DNA of 19,828 nucleotides from Fidelibacterota bacterium. GTDB taxonomy: Bacteria; Fidelibacterota; Marinisomatia; Marinisomatales; TCS56. Position numbers and translations under genes: made by a program. Where the stretch lies: NCBI GenBank assembly GCA_043822705.1, contig JBDRBK010000051.1:1-19828 (forward strand), in the 5' to 3' direction. The notes under the pieces were generated by a model, which was given only the letters and a program-made list of their open reading frames with translations, was not told the DNA's origin and ran no database searches. Of the stretch, positions 7,861 to 16,532 are shown in pieces; within the stretch, counting starts at the first letter, position 1; every line of letters starts with the position of its first letter.

Positions 7861-9066
7861 TTATTCACCAAAGGGTCCGCCGTAAGCTCCCATTGTATTG
7901 CGGGATCCATCCTTGTTATTGTATTCTGCGGCCGGGTGTCCGGCATAAATACAAGGAGACGAATAACGCAGATGAAAATTTACTCCCGCGTCGATTATAA
8001 ATTGCGGCTCACCATCGATATTATTTATGCCCATATTGGCAATCGACGAAATTCGATTATAGTCCAATACAAAACCAATTTGAGAAAGAATATTCTCAAA
8101 GCGAGCTTCGGGCTTTACGGCATCAACAAATATATTGTTCAGAACCAGAAGAGAATCAATATCACCAGCAAATACAACATTATTGAGAAAAAATGTATTA
8201 TTAATCACCCTGCCATGGGCATTTTGAGCATACAACCCGCGGCCATCCATGCTGGCCGTGTTAGAATAAATAATATTATTGTACAAATTACCCTGTTCTG
8301 TCAGAAAAACACCACCACCGACACCATATGAATTATTTTCAGTAATGTAACAATTACGAATAGTACCCGTTCCGGTCACAAAGGCACCACCACCGGGATT
8401 GGCGTGACTTGGCGCTCCGTTAATAATTGTAAAGCCTTCTAGGACACCTGTCCCGATTGTTATTACTCGCAAGGACGTATCCGGTCGTGGCGCAGGGGTT
8501 GGGTATAATGATGTCAATTCAAACCCATCGCTGGCTTTTACCAGGATATTCTTACCATTTAGCACTAGTGTTCCGAAATATCTTCCAGCAGCCACCAGAA
8601 TTGAATCGCCGTCATCTATTAATGGATTATCGATAACAGTTTGAATCTGCTGATATTCAAGAGGAACGAACAAACATGTCGTCGAAGGCAGGTTGATTTT
8701 ATTCTGTGCCCATTTAACATTATCGTCGTTGTCTACGACGCCCACCCGATAGTATAAATCTTCATCATCAGCGATGGTATCGCAGTAATTTGTCGCTGTG
8801 GCGTCATTTATTTCAGTTATGCTTTCCCAGATGGTAGGATCACTGTCGGCGTACCTTCTTTCTATCCGAAAGGTTTTAAAATTTTCAACTGTTATGGCCT
8901 CCCATTCCAGTTGAATCCTCCCACTCACAACCAGCCGATCGATGGAATGTTGAATGCTCAAATTGAATATATCTTTTTCATCGGAAACATCAGTGTTGAA
9001 CAATGAATCACAGGCATTTAACAAAAGGACCAAAACCAACAATAGAATTAAAGAAATATTCCTCAT
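7861..9066 (-). CDS. Lipoprotein with FN3-like domain and right-handed parallel beta-helix, paralog A
   Basis: 401 aa. Clear lipobox LLLNAC (Cys19). Same architecture as 6734..7840, with GGG/NN repeats (GGGAFV, RNCYITEN, GGGVFL, YNNIIYSN, INNTFFLN) and cap FHLRYSSPCIYAG...DGSRNTMGAYGGP. Confidence 0.85.
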   Translation of the reverse strand: MRNISLILLLVLVLLLNACDSLFNTDVSDEKDIFNLSIQHSIDRLVVSGRIQLEWEAITVENFKTFRIERRYADSDPTIWESITEINDATATNYCDTIADDEDLYYRVGVVDNDDNVKWAQNKINLPSTTCLFVPLEYQQIQTVIDNPLIDDGDSILVAAGRYFGTLVLNGKNILVKASDGFELTSLYPTPAPRPDTSLRVITIGTGVLEGFTIINGAPSHANPGGGAFVTGTGTIRNCYITENNSYGVGGGVFLTEQGNLYNNIIYSNTASMDGRGLYAQNAHGRVINNTFFLNNVVFAGDIDSLLVLNNIFVDAVKPEARFENILSQIGFVLDYNRISSIANMGINNIDGEPQFIIDAGVNFHLRYSSPCIYAGHPAAEYNNKDGSRNTMGAYGGPFGE

Positions 9067-9067
9067 T

Positions 9068-11371
9068 TCACTTGCCCGTCAAGGAAAATTTTATCGTTAG
9101 TAGTTGCCGGTGCGTATCATAGTAATCCATTTGTGAATAGCCTGGCTGGAGCGGTACCGTGCTATCAGAGAACAGATTACGGATTGTATAACTGACACTA
9201 GAATCAAACAACCAAATTTGTTTATGGGCCGATACTGTCAGATTGGTAGATTGCTGTGAATCAAGTTCCTGCAAGCTTAATCCGCCGCGAAAATAATTTT
9301 GGGGACCTTCATAAAGATGGGCCAGGTTGATATGGAACCAATGTTTGCGAAAATCAAAAGATATATTGGCGCGCGTACCGGGTTTGTTGGGAAATACGTT
9401 CCTATCGCTGGGGAAAATTCTTGTATAATTCACATTGACCTGGATTAGATTGTCCCATGAAAAGAATTTACCGCCAACTTCGAAACCATTCATACTGGCC
9501 GTCTGTACATTGTATGGTGCCGTAAGATTATTCTGGATACCCCGATAGGCGATTTTGTCAAGATAATAATTGCGGAAAATACTCAAACCGACTTCCACAT
9601 TCGTGAATATTTTTGTTTTGTCGGTATTTAATTTGATATTTGAACTCAGCTCAGTGGATGTTATATACTCTTTTCTGAGACCCGCCGCCATAGCGTTCAA
9701 TACTTCAGCAAGATCACGTTGCTCATTTTCCAGGAGCAGTTTGTGCTCCGTTGATACGGGTATTGTTCGCATTAATTCATTATATAATTCTTCGGTTTGT
9801 TTATAGGTCGTTCCCCATAGTAGACGGTCATTTAACGTTGGGGCCCGGTGATTGTAACCCTGGTTGAAGAATACCTGAATATTCTGGCCCAGAAAGGAAC
9901 CTTCAATCGTTGAACCGATGCGGAATGTTGATAATGGAACCTTTGAATCAAATTGATAGCACGTACTATCGGAAACGAGCGGTCCCTGATACTTAAATAT
10001 CAGCTGTTCGTGAGTATACGACTGGGTACTACGCCTGGTGCCCAGCTCTATCTCGAAATTATCAATCGCTGGCGTAGGTGCATTTATTTGGTATCGAAAA
10101 ACACCGGCGAAGCCACGATCCACCTGATTAAGGACAGCGGTGTCGCCCCAGGCTAAACTGGTAATTGCAATACCTGTGATAAACTGATCGGCCGAATATT
10201 TCTGATGTTCCTCTTCATATTGGATATTCGCGTTAATATTTTTGAATTTATTACTTTTACCAATCCGCATTAAGGTCGAGCTATCGTCAAAGTCTCTAAT
10301 AATATTGCTGAAAAATTCATCCTCAAAACGCCAGCGGCGCTCACCGGCTATCATACTCCAGCCGGTAGACCGCCAAATGGAGCCGGAAAATGAAACCTGC
10401 TTAATGAACATTTCATCGGATGATATGATTGCGCCCGATGGCATTTCGATATAATTGCTGATATCAAAATATTTCATTGATAAAACTGAGTTGCGGAAAT
10501 CCAATCCCCCAGCGGCATTAGTAAATATTGTCGTGTACAGAGTCCGGCCATCATATAGCCGTGATTTCCCTGAGTAGCGCCCCCCCATGCTCACTGGCCC
10601 CAAACAAACCGCGAGATTGCCGGTCAAATCCTGATCGTGATCATCGGTGATGCCAATTGAACGGCCTACGCTCAGACTGTTTTCCGTGGGACGCTTGGAA
10701 TGCAGCAACACAACACCACCAAAATTACCGGAGCCAAACAGGGTAGTCGTACCGCCGCGAATCACCTCAACCTGCTCCAAGTCCGATAAGTCAATTGACG
10801 ACAGATTTGCAGCGCCGTCGATCGCCCGGTTCAAACGGATACCATCCAGATAAACTGATACCTCATTAAAATTGCTGCCCCGTATGCTGATATATTGTTT
10901 GCCGGATACAGTCGTCTGGATTGTAACTGCTTCCATTTCCTGAAGCGCTTCACTGATATCTCTGATTCCCCGTTGCTCGATTCTTCGTAAGGAAACTGAT
11001 TCAACTTTGCTCTGTACATCACGTTCTACAACACCACGGGCGCCCGATATCTCGATTTCTTCTCCTTCCAACACTTTTGGTACGAGAGCCACCGATAAAT
11101 TTTTATATCCCGGAAGCGTGTTTTCATATTCTTCGTACCCCATATAGGTAATATAAACGGTTATCGGAAATTCTCCCTGCCATAATAGCGTAAACTCACC
11201 TTTTTTGTCACTGACCGTCCCAACATAGGTTCCCTTGATGAATACATTGGCCCCTTCGACAGGTCGCTCGCTATTGGCGTCAAATATTGTTCCGCGGATA
11301 TACTGACTTTGCGCGATTGCCGAACAAGTGAATAATAACAGGATAAGACTGTATCCGATAACTGTTCTCAT
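9068..11371 (-). CDS. TonB-dependent receptor with N-terminal carboxypeptidase-regulatory-like domain
   Basis: 767 aa. Signal peptide, IRGTIFD...PVEGANV...GTVSDKKGEF...YMGY domain, TonB-box-like EEIEISG, plug SIRG...VYLDG...EQVEVIRGGTTTLFGSGNFGGVV, barrel motifs RAPTLND and IRNLF. Confidence 0.88.
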   Translation of the reverse strand: MRTVIGYSLILLLFTCSAIAQSQYIRGTIFDANSERPVEGANVFIKGTYVGTVSDKKGEFTLLWQGEFPITVYITYMGYEEYENTLPGYKNLSVALVPKVLEGEEIEISGARGVVERDVQSKVESVSLRRIEQRGIRDISEALQEMEAVTIQTTVSGKQYISIRGSNFNEVSVYLDGIRLNRAIDGAANLSSIDLSDLEQVEVIRGGTTTLFGSGNFGGVVLLHSKRPTENSLSVGRSIGITDDHDQDLTGNLAVCLGPVSMGGRYSGKSRLYDGRTLYTTIFTNAAGGLDFRNSVLSMKYFDISNYIEMPSGAIISSDEMFIKQVSFSGSIWRSTGWSMIAGERRWRFEDEFFSNIIRDFDDSSTLMRIGKSNKFKNINANIQYEEEHQKYSADQFITGIAITSLAWGDTAVLNQVDRGFAGVFRYQINAPTPAIDNFEIELGTRRSTQSYTHEQLIFKYQGPLVSDSTCYQFDSKVPLSTFRIGSTIEGSFLGQNIQVFFNQGYNHRAPTLNDRLLWGTTYKQTEELYNELMRTIPVSTEHKLLLENEQRDLAEVLNAMAAGLRKEYITSTELSSNIKLNTDKTKIFTNVEVGLSIFRNYYLDKIAYRGIQNNLTAPYNVQTASMNGFEVGGKFFSWDNLIQVNVNYTRIFPSDRNVFPNKPGTRANISFDFRKHWFHINLAHLYEGPQNYFRGGLSLQELDSQQSTNLTVSAHKQIWLFDSSVSYTIRNLFSDSTVPLQPGYSQMDYYDTHRQLLTIKFSLTGK

Positions 11372-11478
11372 AATAATAGTACCCGACTTCCTGGTTATTG
11401 AAACAGTTTTAATTTACATACCATCGACCATTTATCATTATAGAATAATCTAAAATATCAATGAGTTATATCTTCCAT

Positions 11479-11510
11479 AAAAAAAGAGGGGTCCATCGGG
11501 ACCCCTCTTT
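11479..11510 (-). terminator. Rho-independent terminator downstream of the PorV-family gene
   Basis: Perfect 12-bp inverted repeat AAAGAGGGGTCC (11483-11494) / GGACCCCTCTTT (11499-11510) with a 4-nt loop. A7 at 11479-11485 gives a U7 tract on the - strand; the hairpin starts about 25 nt after the stop. Confidence 0.9.
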
Positions 11511-11534
11511 CTAAAACACTGAACTAGTTGCTGT

Positions 11535-12590
11535 CTAAAACTCCAGCGTCAACTGCACCGTATTATTATTCTCGAAATAATTGGTTACGGTACGAACTGA
11601 GTAAGCAACGCCAAGTTTCATTGTTCCGACGGGAACATTGACACCGGCACCAAAGGTGAGACCCCAAGGAGTCGTGTACCAATCTTCCCAATCGGCATCG
11701 GAAACGCCGTCTTCCTGAGTGTCTTCGACCAGACTAAAGGTCGTTCCGCCGGCAACCCAAGCCAGGTTACCGTAATTATATTTTGCTCCGAAGCTGGTAT
11801 AGTTCGTAGCAAAACTGTTATTGCGGAAGGAACCCATCAGATTGAGACCGGAGAACACTTCGTAATTGGCAGAAATATCCAGCATGGCCGGCAATTCAAA
11901 CGACTCGCTTTTCACGCGGAAATTTTCCTGAAGTGTACCGGAACTGGTTCCGGCTGGTGTGAGCGCCTGTTCCATATCGGAACCGGAATACTCCATCCGC
12001 GGACCCAGATTTCTCAAGACCACACCAAAAGTGACCGGCAGGTCGGCAAAACGATACTGCACACCCAGATCGATGCACAGCCCGGTGGCTTTGGTGTTGA
12101 TGATCTGTTCGGACACTACTTTGAAATTGGCACCAAACTGAACCCGATCGGCAAAGCTCTTGGAGTAGTTAGCCGTCAGGGCCATAAATCTTGGTGAGTA
12201 CATTTCACCGGTTCCTTCGGTAGCATCCGCTGTGGTAACCGGAATTTCACCAAAATCGAGTGATTTGATGCTTAGTCCAAATGAGCCGATTTGACCCATA
12301 TTGGTGATGAAACCAATGTAGGTCTGGTCAATGTCGGCAATGTAGGTCATGGTTGACGCCGTTCCCTGAAAGGCCTTCTTGTATTTCGCGACACCGGCCG
12401 GGTTGAGGAAAATAGCCTCTACACCCGAAACCGTGGCGACATTGGCACTGCTCAGGGCAATTGATTCTGCTCCGACCGGAATCAGCAGTTGTGCCGCACC
12501 AGCGGAACCTTGCGATCTGATGGTACCGGCAAACGAAGCAGATGCAATTAACAGGACAGCGAGGAAAAGTATCATTGTTTTGTTTTTCAT
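11535..12590 (-). CDS. PorV/PorQ-family (FadL-like, UPF0164) outer-membrane beta-barrel
   Basis: 351 aa from ATG 12590 (SD AGGGAGG upstream; the ORF track extends 9 codons further). Signal peptide, N-terminal LLIPVGA...NPAG motif, DFGEIPVTT...EGTG, DLGVQY, LRNLGP...ELP, and terminal beta-signal QLTLEF. Confidence 0.88.
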   Translation of the reverse strand: MKNKTMILFLAVLLIASASFAGTIRSQGSAGAAQLLIPVGAESIALSSANVATVSGVEAIFLNPAGVAKYKKAFQGTASTMTYIADIDQTYIGFITNMGQIGSFGLSIKSLDFGEIPVTTADATEGTGEMYSPRFMALTANYSKSFADRVQFGANFKVVSEQIINTKATGLCIDLGVQYRFADLPVTFGVVLRNLGPRMEYSGSDMEQALTPAGTSSGTLQENFRVKSESFELPAMLDISANYEVFSGLNLMGSFRNNSFATNYTSFGAKYNYGNLAWVAGGTTFSLVEDTQEDGVSDADWEDWYTTPWGLTFGAGVNVPVGTMKLGVAYSVRTVTNYFENNNTVQLTLEF

Positions 12591-12598
12591 TTTGATTT

Positions 12599-12604
12599 CC
12601 TCCC
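12599..12604 (-). promoter_or_regulatory. Shine-Dalgarno site of the PorV-family gene
   Basis: GGGAGG on the - strand, 8 nt before ATG 12590. Confidence 0.75.
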
Positions 12605-12606
12605 TA

Positions 12607-15600
12607 TTAATACACATCTAAGCGTTGTTCGGGCAATACCACGGCGATCTTCAATATCTGATCGCCGGCATCCGTTTCAACATGAACGATGTACATGCCG
12701 CTCGCAACAGGTATGCCGTAGTTATTTTTCAGATCCCACACTTCATACTGATTGCCAGCATCGGTGTGATCGATTAATCTGACCGGTACGCCGGCCAGAT
12801 CAAAGATCCGAATAGTGCACCCCCCTGCCTCGGGTAGGTGGGTAAAATGCACCTGGTGGTCGACCGGGGTCCGTTCTTCCGGATTATAACCGAAATAGGG
12901 ATTGGGCCAGACATTCACACCACCGGCTTTGTAGGCGACTACATCACCGTCAATATCAGATGTAGCGAATGAGAATTCATCGGCAACTGTATTGGGTTTG
13001 TTGGTGATCAGCCGATATACCGTTCCAACCTCCGGCGTGAACAGGATCAAACCGTAAGCATAATCACCGTCAACTTCGACTCCAGCCAAGCTATTACTTG
13101 CGTCCAGGAACCAGCCCGCGGCCTCAAACAGGGCCGTGTCGGCCGCCGTCCAGGCAGCAGTATCGGGGCTGCTCAGACTGGTCAGCGCCATTGAATCCAC
13201 CTGACTCGCATAGCCGTTCCAGTTCATCAGCAACGACCGGGCGATTACTTCGACGAAGTCGTCATTGACTACTAAACCGCCGATACCGTTGGCGAAGAAG
13301 GCATCGTAACCGGCCTGACCGGGGCTCATGTCAGTACTCGGATTCCCCCAGTAGACCCAGTCGCTGTAGGGATCGTTGGCAGCGCCGGAATGGGCGGCTT
13401 CACCGCCAAAACCCCAGGCCATCGGATCCGGTCCGGTATCTTTATAGATCGCTGGAATCATCCGGTAATCGTCGCTGGGATCGTCCGGGGTTGTTCCGAC
13501 ATTCCAGAGTTCGAACGGCGCGTGAATGATCGTCTCACCGTCACCAAAACGCAGGTAACCCATGCCGTTGGCCAAAGCATCAGTGGTAAAGCGCATCTCA
13601 AAATCGTAGGGGATGGCGTAGCTGAAGTTGGCGCCACGGAAAACGCGATCGAGGAAACCGGTGCCAGCGTCAGTTGTCATTTCATTGGGTACACCACCGG
13701 CATGACCGAAGAAGAACCAGCCGCCCTGAGCCTGCTCCGTCGGATAATCGGGAGCGGTCAGGAAGTTGATCCACATGATGTTTTCATTGACATCGGTATC
13801 AATACCGGCGATCGGTCCGTCGGCATTGGATACCTGCCAGACGCCGTGAATACCGTTGGACGGACCGTTCACAGCGACCTGGAAACCGTCGACAACCGGG
13901 GAATCATTAGCGCCTTTCAGAGCATTTGCGTCGTAGTAAACACCATCGACAATCCGGTCGCCGGCAATGCCGCTGACGGTGGACTGCTCGTCAAGAATAA
14001 CCTCACCAGTGGTGACATTCTCGATACCCCAGTAGAACAGGGTCGTGAAGGCATAGCCCATCTCCGAGATACCAATCGCATCAGCAATCGTCCCATCATA
14101 ACCGTCATCGTAAATCTCATAGTTGAGATCGATCGGCAGGGTCAGAGCGTCGACGTTGACCGTCAGAATCAAATCGCCTTCAAAGGCGCCGAAGCCGGTG
14201 CGGGATGAATCACCCCAGGTAATCGAATTGGTGGCCGCGTCCAGGGTACCGACCATATTGGTGGTATTCTGTCCCTGGTCTCCATAAGAGTAGGCGGTGT
14301 GTTCTTCCCAACTGTTGATCGTCAGATCATCCGGGAAGTCGACCTTGAATCCATCGACCCAGTTGCTGCCGCAATGCATCGTCAGGGTGATGAAAATATC
14401 GACTGTACCGTCTTCCGTCTGAATGGCTGACCCGGTCACGGTTGATCCGGTGCAATCCAGTGTCTTGGCCGACATCCGGCCGACGGAATCGGGGTAGTTG
14501 GTATAATGCCACATACCAGCCAGATCACGATAGTAATGCTGGTTGTAGAAAAACACCGCATAATCATCGCCGGTTAATTCGGTCGGATCGATGACGGTAA
14601 CGTCAATCGAACCGTCAGAGCCACCGGCACTGTGATCAGTCTCGATTCCTGCGCCATGGGCTACCGTTTCATCGTTGGCTACCCAGGTGGCAGACTGCTG
14701 GGGTCTGGCCGCGATAATCTGCATCGGACTTTCCAGCGTTTTCGGTATACCATGGGGATTGTAGCCATAAGCGGTTACGGCGAAGTAATAGGCCCGGTTC
14801 ATTTTCAAGGGCGCATTGTTGTTCAACGCATCCTGGTCGATGGACAGATAGCGCAGGATACCGGAATCGGAACCGAATTGAACCCGGCGATTGATGGTTT
14901 CACCAAAATTGGCATCAAACACATCATCATAGATTTCATCGAGTCCATTGACCAGATCAAAAGTAGCGATGCGTTTGACGTCACCGGAACCCGACAGTGT
15001 TTCCAGTTGATAGACGTTGTAGCCTTCGAAGACGAACTCAGTGTTTTCCAGGTTCTCGTCTTTGTCAATCACGTCTTCCGCCACATAGTACTCGGCGAAG
15101 TCATCCCAGGTTAAGATGAAGCCGTCCGGCAGCGTGGTGACATTAACTACCGGGTTCGGGGGCGGTTCGGGCAAGGCAAACTGGATATCGTAGGCCAATT
15201 GCGCCAAAGCATCCACCTGCTTAAGATAGAGGTAGGAGTCCAGCGGGCCGCCGGCGGCCGCAATAATAATACCGAACACGACTTCCTGGCTGTCGCCGGG
15301 GGACATCGTGAAGGGACCGGCATTCATCAGCAGACGACGGTCGTCCGAAGGATGAATATCCCAGTCCACATATTCGGTGTCGGTGGGGCCGGTATCCTTG
15401 GTGGGATCACCAGGATGCACGAAGGCTGTTCCACCAGTTATATTAGCTGCGAAAGGCAGACCGCTCTTCATCAGACCCATCATCAGATTGTACATTTCGG
15501 TGGCATCATTGGGGTCGGACCAGACCGGGTCTGGTGAATTAATGTACTTCGAGAATGATGTCATGCTCAGGTTTCTGTAGTCATAGATGTATCGGCCGTG

Positions 15601-16521
15601 AGCAAAAGCGGTATCGCCGATGGATGGAACGATCGGGCCCTGGAAAAAGTCATAACCAATGGCCGGAGTTCCACCGGAGAAACCGGCATAATCGAGATCG
15701 ACACCATCGTTGTAGCAGATACCCAAACCAAGCGTCGTGTCGCAACCGACAAAATCCGATGCGGCGTCGCCCAGGTCCGGGTCAGACCAGATACCCATAT
15801 AGGTATCCTCGATTTCCGATTCGCCTTTATTAATGACCAACTCTTTGACAAAAAGCATGTCGCCGAAGGCATCCGGTCGGTTGAAGCCGAAGATTGTGGT
15901 CTGGACTTCAACCCCCATGGGGGCGGTTCCGAAAATCGAGTGCCCGGTGGGATTGCCGTCGTTGCTGACGTACCAGAGCACCTGATCGCCTAGGAAATCC
16001 GGATGGTCGGGACCGATCGGCAACGGCTCATAGATACCATTACCATTCACATCGACCCAGGGAGCGCCGAGGTCAGTCGGCCAGTTCTGGAAATCCGGGA
16101 AGGCCAACGGGTCGGCCAAATCGGACTTATTGACGATATACAGCTTGTGAGCGGCATCGTTCTGGTCACTACCCCAGGGGCCGGGAACCCGCTCCGGGCC
16201 GTATTCGGCCACGGCGGTCCTGATCTGGCCGCCAACTTTACCGGCCAGCCAGACGCCTGAAGCATAGATCGCATAGGTGGTATTATCTTTGGGCCATTCC
16301 AAACCGGAGTGACCGCTGATACGGTGGCTGACCACCATACCATTGTTCTCTAGATCAGTCCTGATCCTGTTACCGTCGAATTGTCCGGTCGAGGCAACGC
16401 TGGTCTTATACAAGGAGGGAAGACCTTTACTGCCTTGTATCCGTTCCTTGGCGTACAGTCCTGACACGGCCAGGGCAATGATCAAGAGGATGCTAATGAC
16501 AGAATATTTTGAAATTTTCAT
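12607..16521 (-). CDS. Large acidic secreted multidomain protein with FN3-like domain and T9SS type-A-like/FlgD-Ig C-terminal domain
   Basis: 1304 aa. Sec signal peptide with no lipobox. N-terminal GLEWPK...YASGVWLAGK domain, WSDPDLGDAASDFVGCD, FN3-like segment (PPPNP...ILTWD...FEGYNVY...YYFAVTAY), and CTD VNVWPNPY...IRIFDLAGVPVR...WDLKN...VASGMYIVHV...ILKIAVV. Confidence 0.85.
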   Translation of the reverse strand: MKISKYSVISILLIIALAVSGLYAKERIQGSKGLPSLYKTSVASTGQFDGNRIRTDLENNGMVVSHRISGHSGLEWPKDNTTYAIYASGVWLAGKVGGQIRTAVAEYGPERVPGPWGSDQNDAAHKLYIVNKSDLADPLAFPDFQNWPTDLGAPWVDVNGNGIYEPLPIGPDHPDFLGDQVLWYVSNDGNPTGHSIFGTAPMGVEVQTTIFGFNRPDAFGDMLFVKELVINKGESEIEDTYMGIWSDPDLGDAASDFVGCDTTLGLGICYNDGVDLDYAGFSGGTPAIGYDFFQGPIVPSIGDTAFAHGRYIYDYRNLSMTSFSKYINSPDPVWSDPNDATEMYNLMMGLMKSGLPFAANITGGTAFVHPGDPTKDTGPTDTEYVDWDIHPSDDRRLLMNAGPFTMSPGDSQEVVFGIIIAAAGGPLDSYLYLKQVDALAQLAYDIQFALPEPPPNPVVNVTTLPDGFILTWDDFAEYYVAEDVIDKDENLENTEFVFEGYNVYQLETLSGSGDVKRIATFDLVNGLDEIYDDVFDANFGETINRRVQFGSDSGILRYLSIDQDALNNNAPLKMNRAYYFAVTAYGYNPHGIPKTLESPMQIIAARPQQSATWVANDETVAHGAGIETDHSAGGSDGSIDVTVIDPTELTGDDYAVFFYNQHYYRDLAGMWHYTNYPDSVGRMSAKTLDCTGSTVTGSAIQTEDGTVDIFITLTMHCGSNWVDGFKVDFPDDLTINSWEEHTAYSYGDQGQNTTNMVGTLDAATNSITWGDSSRTGFGAFEGDLILTVNVDALTLPIDLNYEIYDDGYDGTIADAIGISEMGYAFTTLFYWGIENVTTGEVILDEQSTVSGIAGDRIVDGVYYDANALKGANDSPVVDGFQVAVNGPSNGIHGVWQVSNADGPIAGIDTDVNENIMWINFLTAPDYPTEQAQGGWFFFGHAGGVPNEMTTDAGTGFLDRVFRGANFSYAIPYDFEMRFTTDALANGMGYLRFGDGETIIHAPFELWNVGTTPDDPSDDYRMIPAIYKDTGPDPMAWGFGGEAAHSGAANDPYSDWVYWGNPSTDMSPGQAGYDAFFANGIGGLVVNDDFVEVIARSLLMNWNGYASQVDSMALTSLSSPDTAAWTAADTALFEAAGWFLDASNSLAGVEVDGDYAYGLILFTPEVGTVYRLITNKPNTVADEFSFATSDIDGDVVAYKAGGVNVWPNPYFGYNPEERTPVDHQVHFTHLPEAGGCTIRIFDLAGVPVRLIDHTDAGNQYEVWDLKNNYGIPVASGMYIVHVETDAGDQILKIAVVLPEQRLDVY

Positions 16522-16532
16522 GCTGTCTTATT

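Noticed and set aside
6745..7980. Similar DNA at the 3' ends of the two lipoprotein genes (about 6745-6860 and 7871-7980) as a possible DGR template/variable repeat pair
   Set aside because: Differences are mostly synonymous third-position changes involving all four bases, not adenine-specific. Both copies are coding and no reverse transcriptase is in the window. This is ordinary paralogy.
11437..11461. Full sigma70 promoter call upstream of the 767-aa receptor (TTGATA...TATAAT on the - strand)
   Set aside because: The spacer is 13 nt rather than about 17, and the region is AT-rich, so the match is not specific enough.
12591..12617. 9-codon N-terminal extension of the PorV-family ORF overlapping the upstream gene
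   Set aside because: ATG 12590 has SD GGGAGG and yields a normal signal peptide (MKNKTMILF...).
13390..14208. 272-aa + strand ORF
   Set aside because: Lies wholly antisense to the well-supported 1304-aa CDS and has no recognisable motifs; a typical shadow ORF from codon bias.
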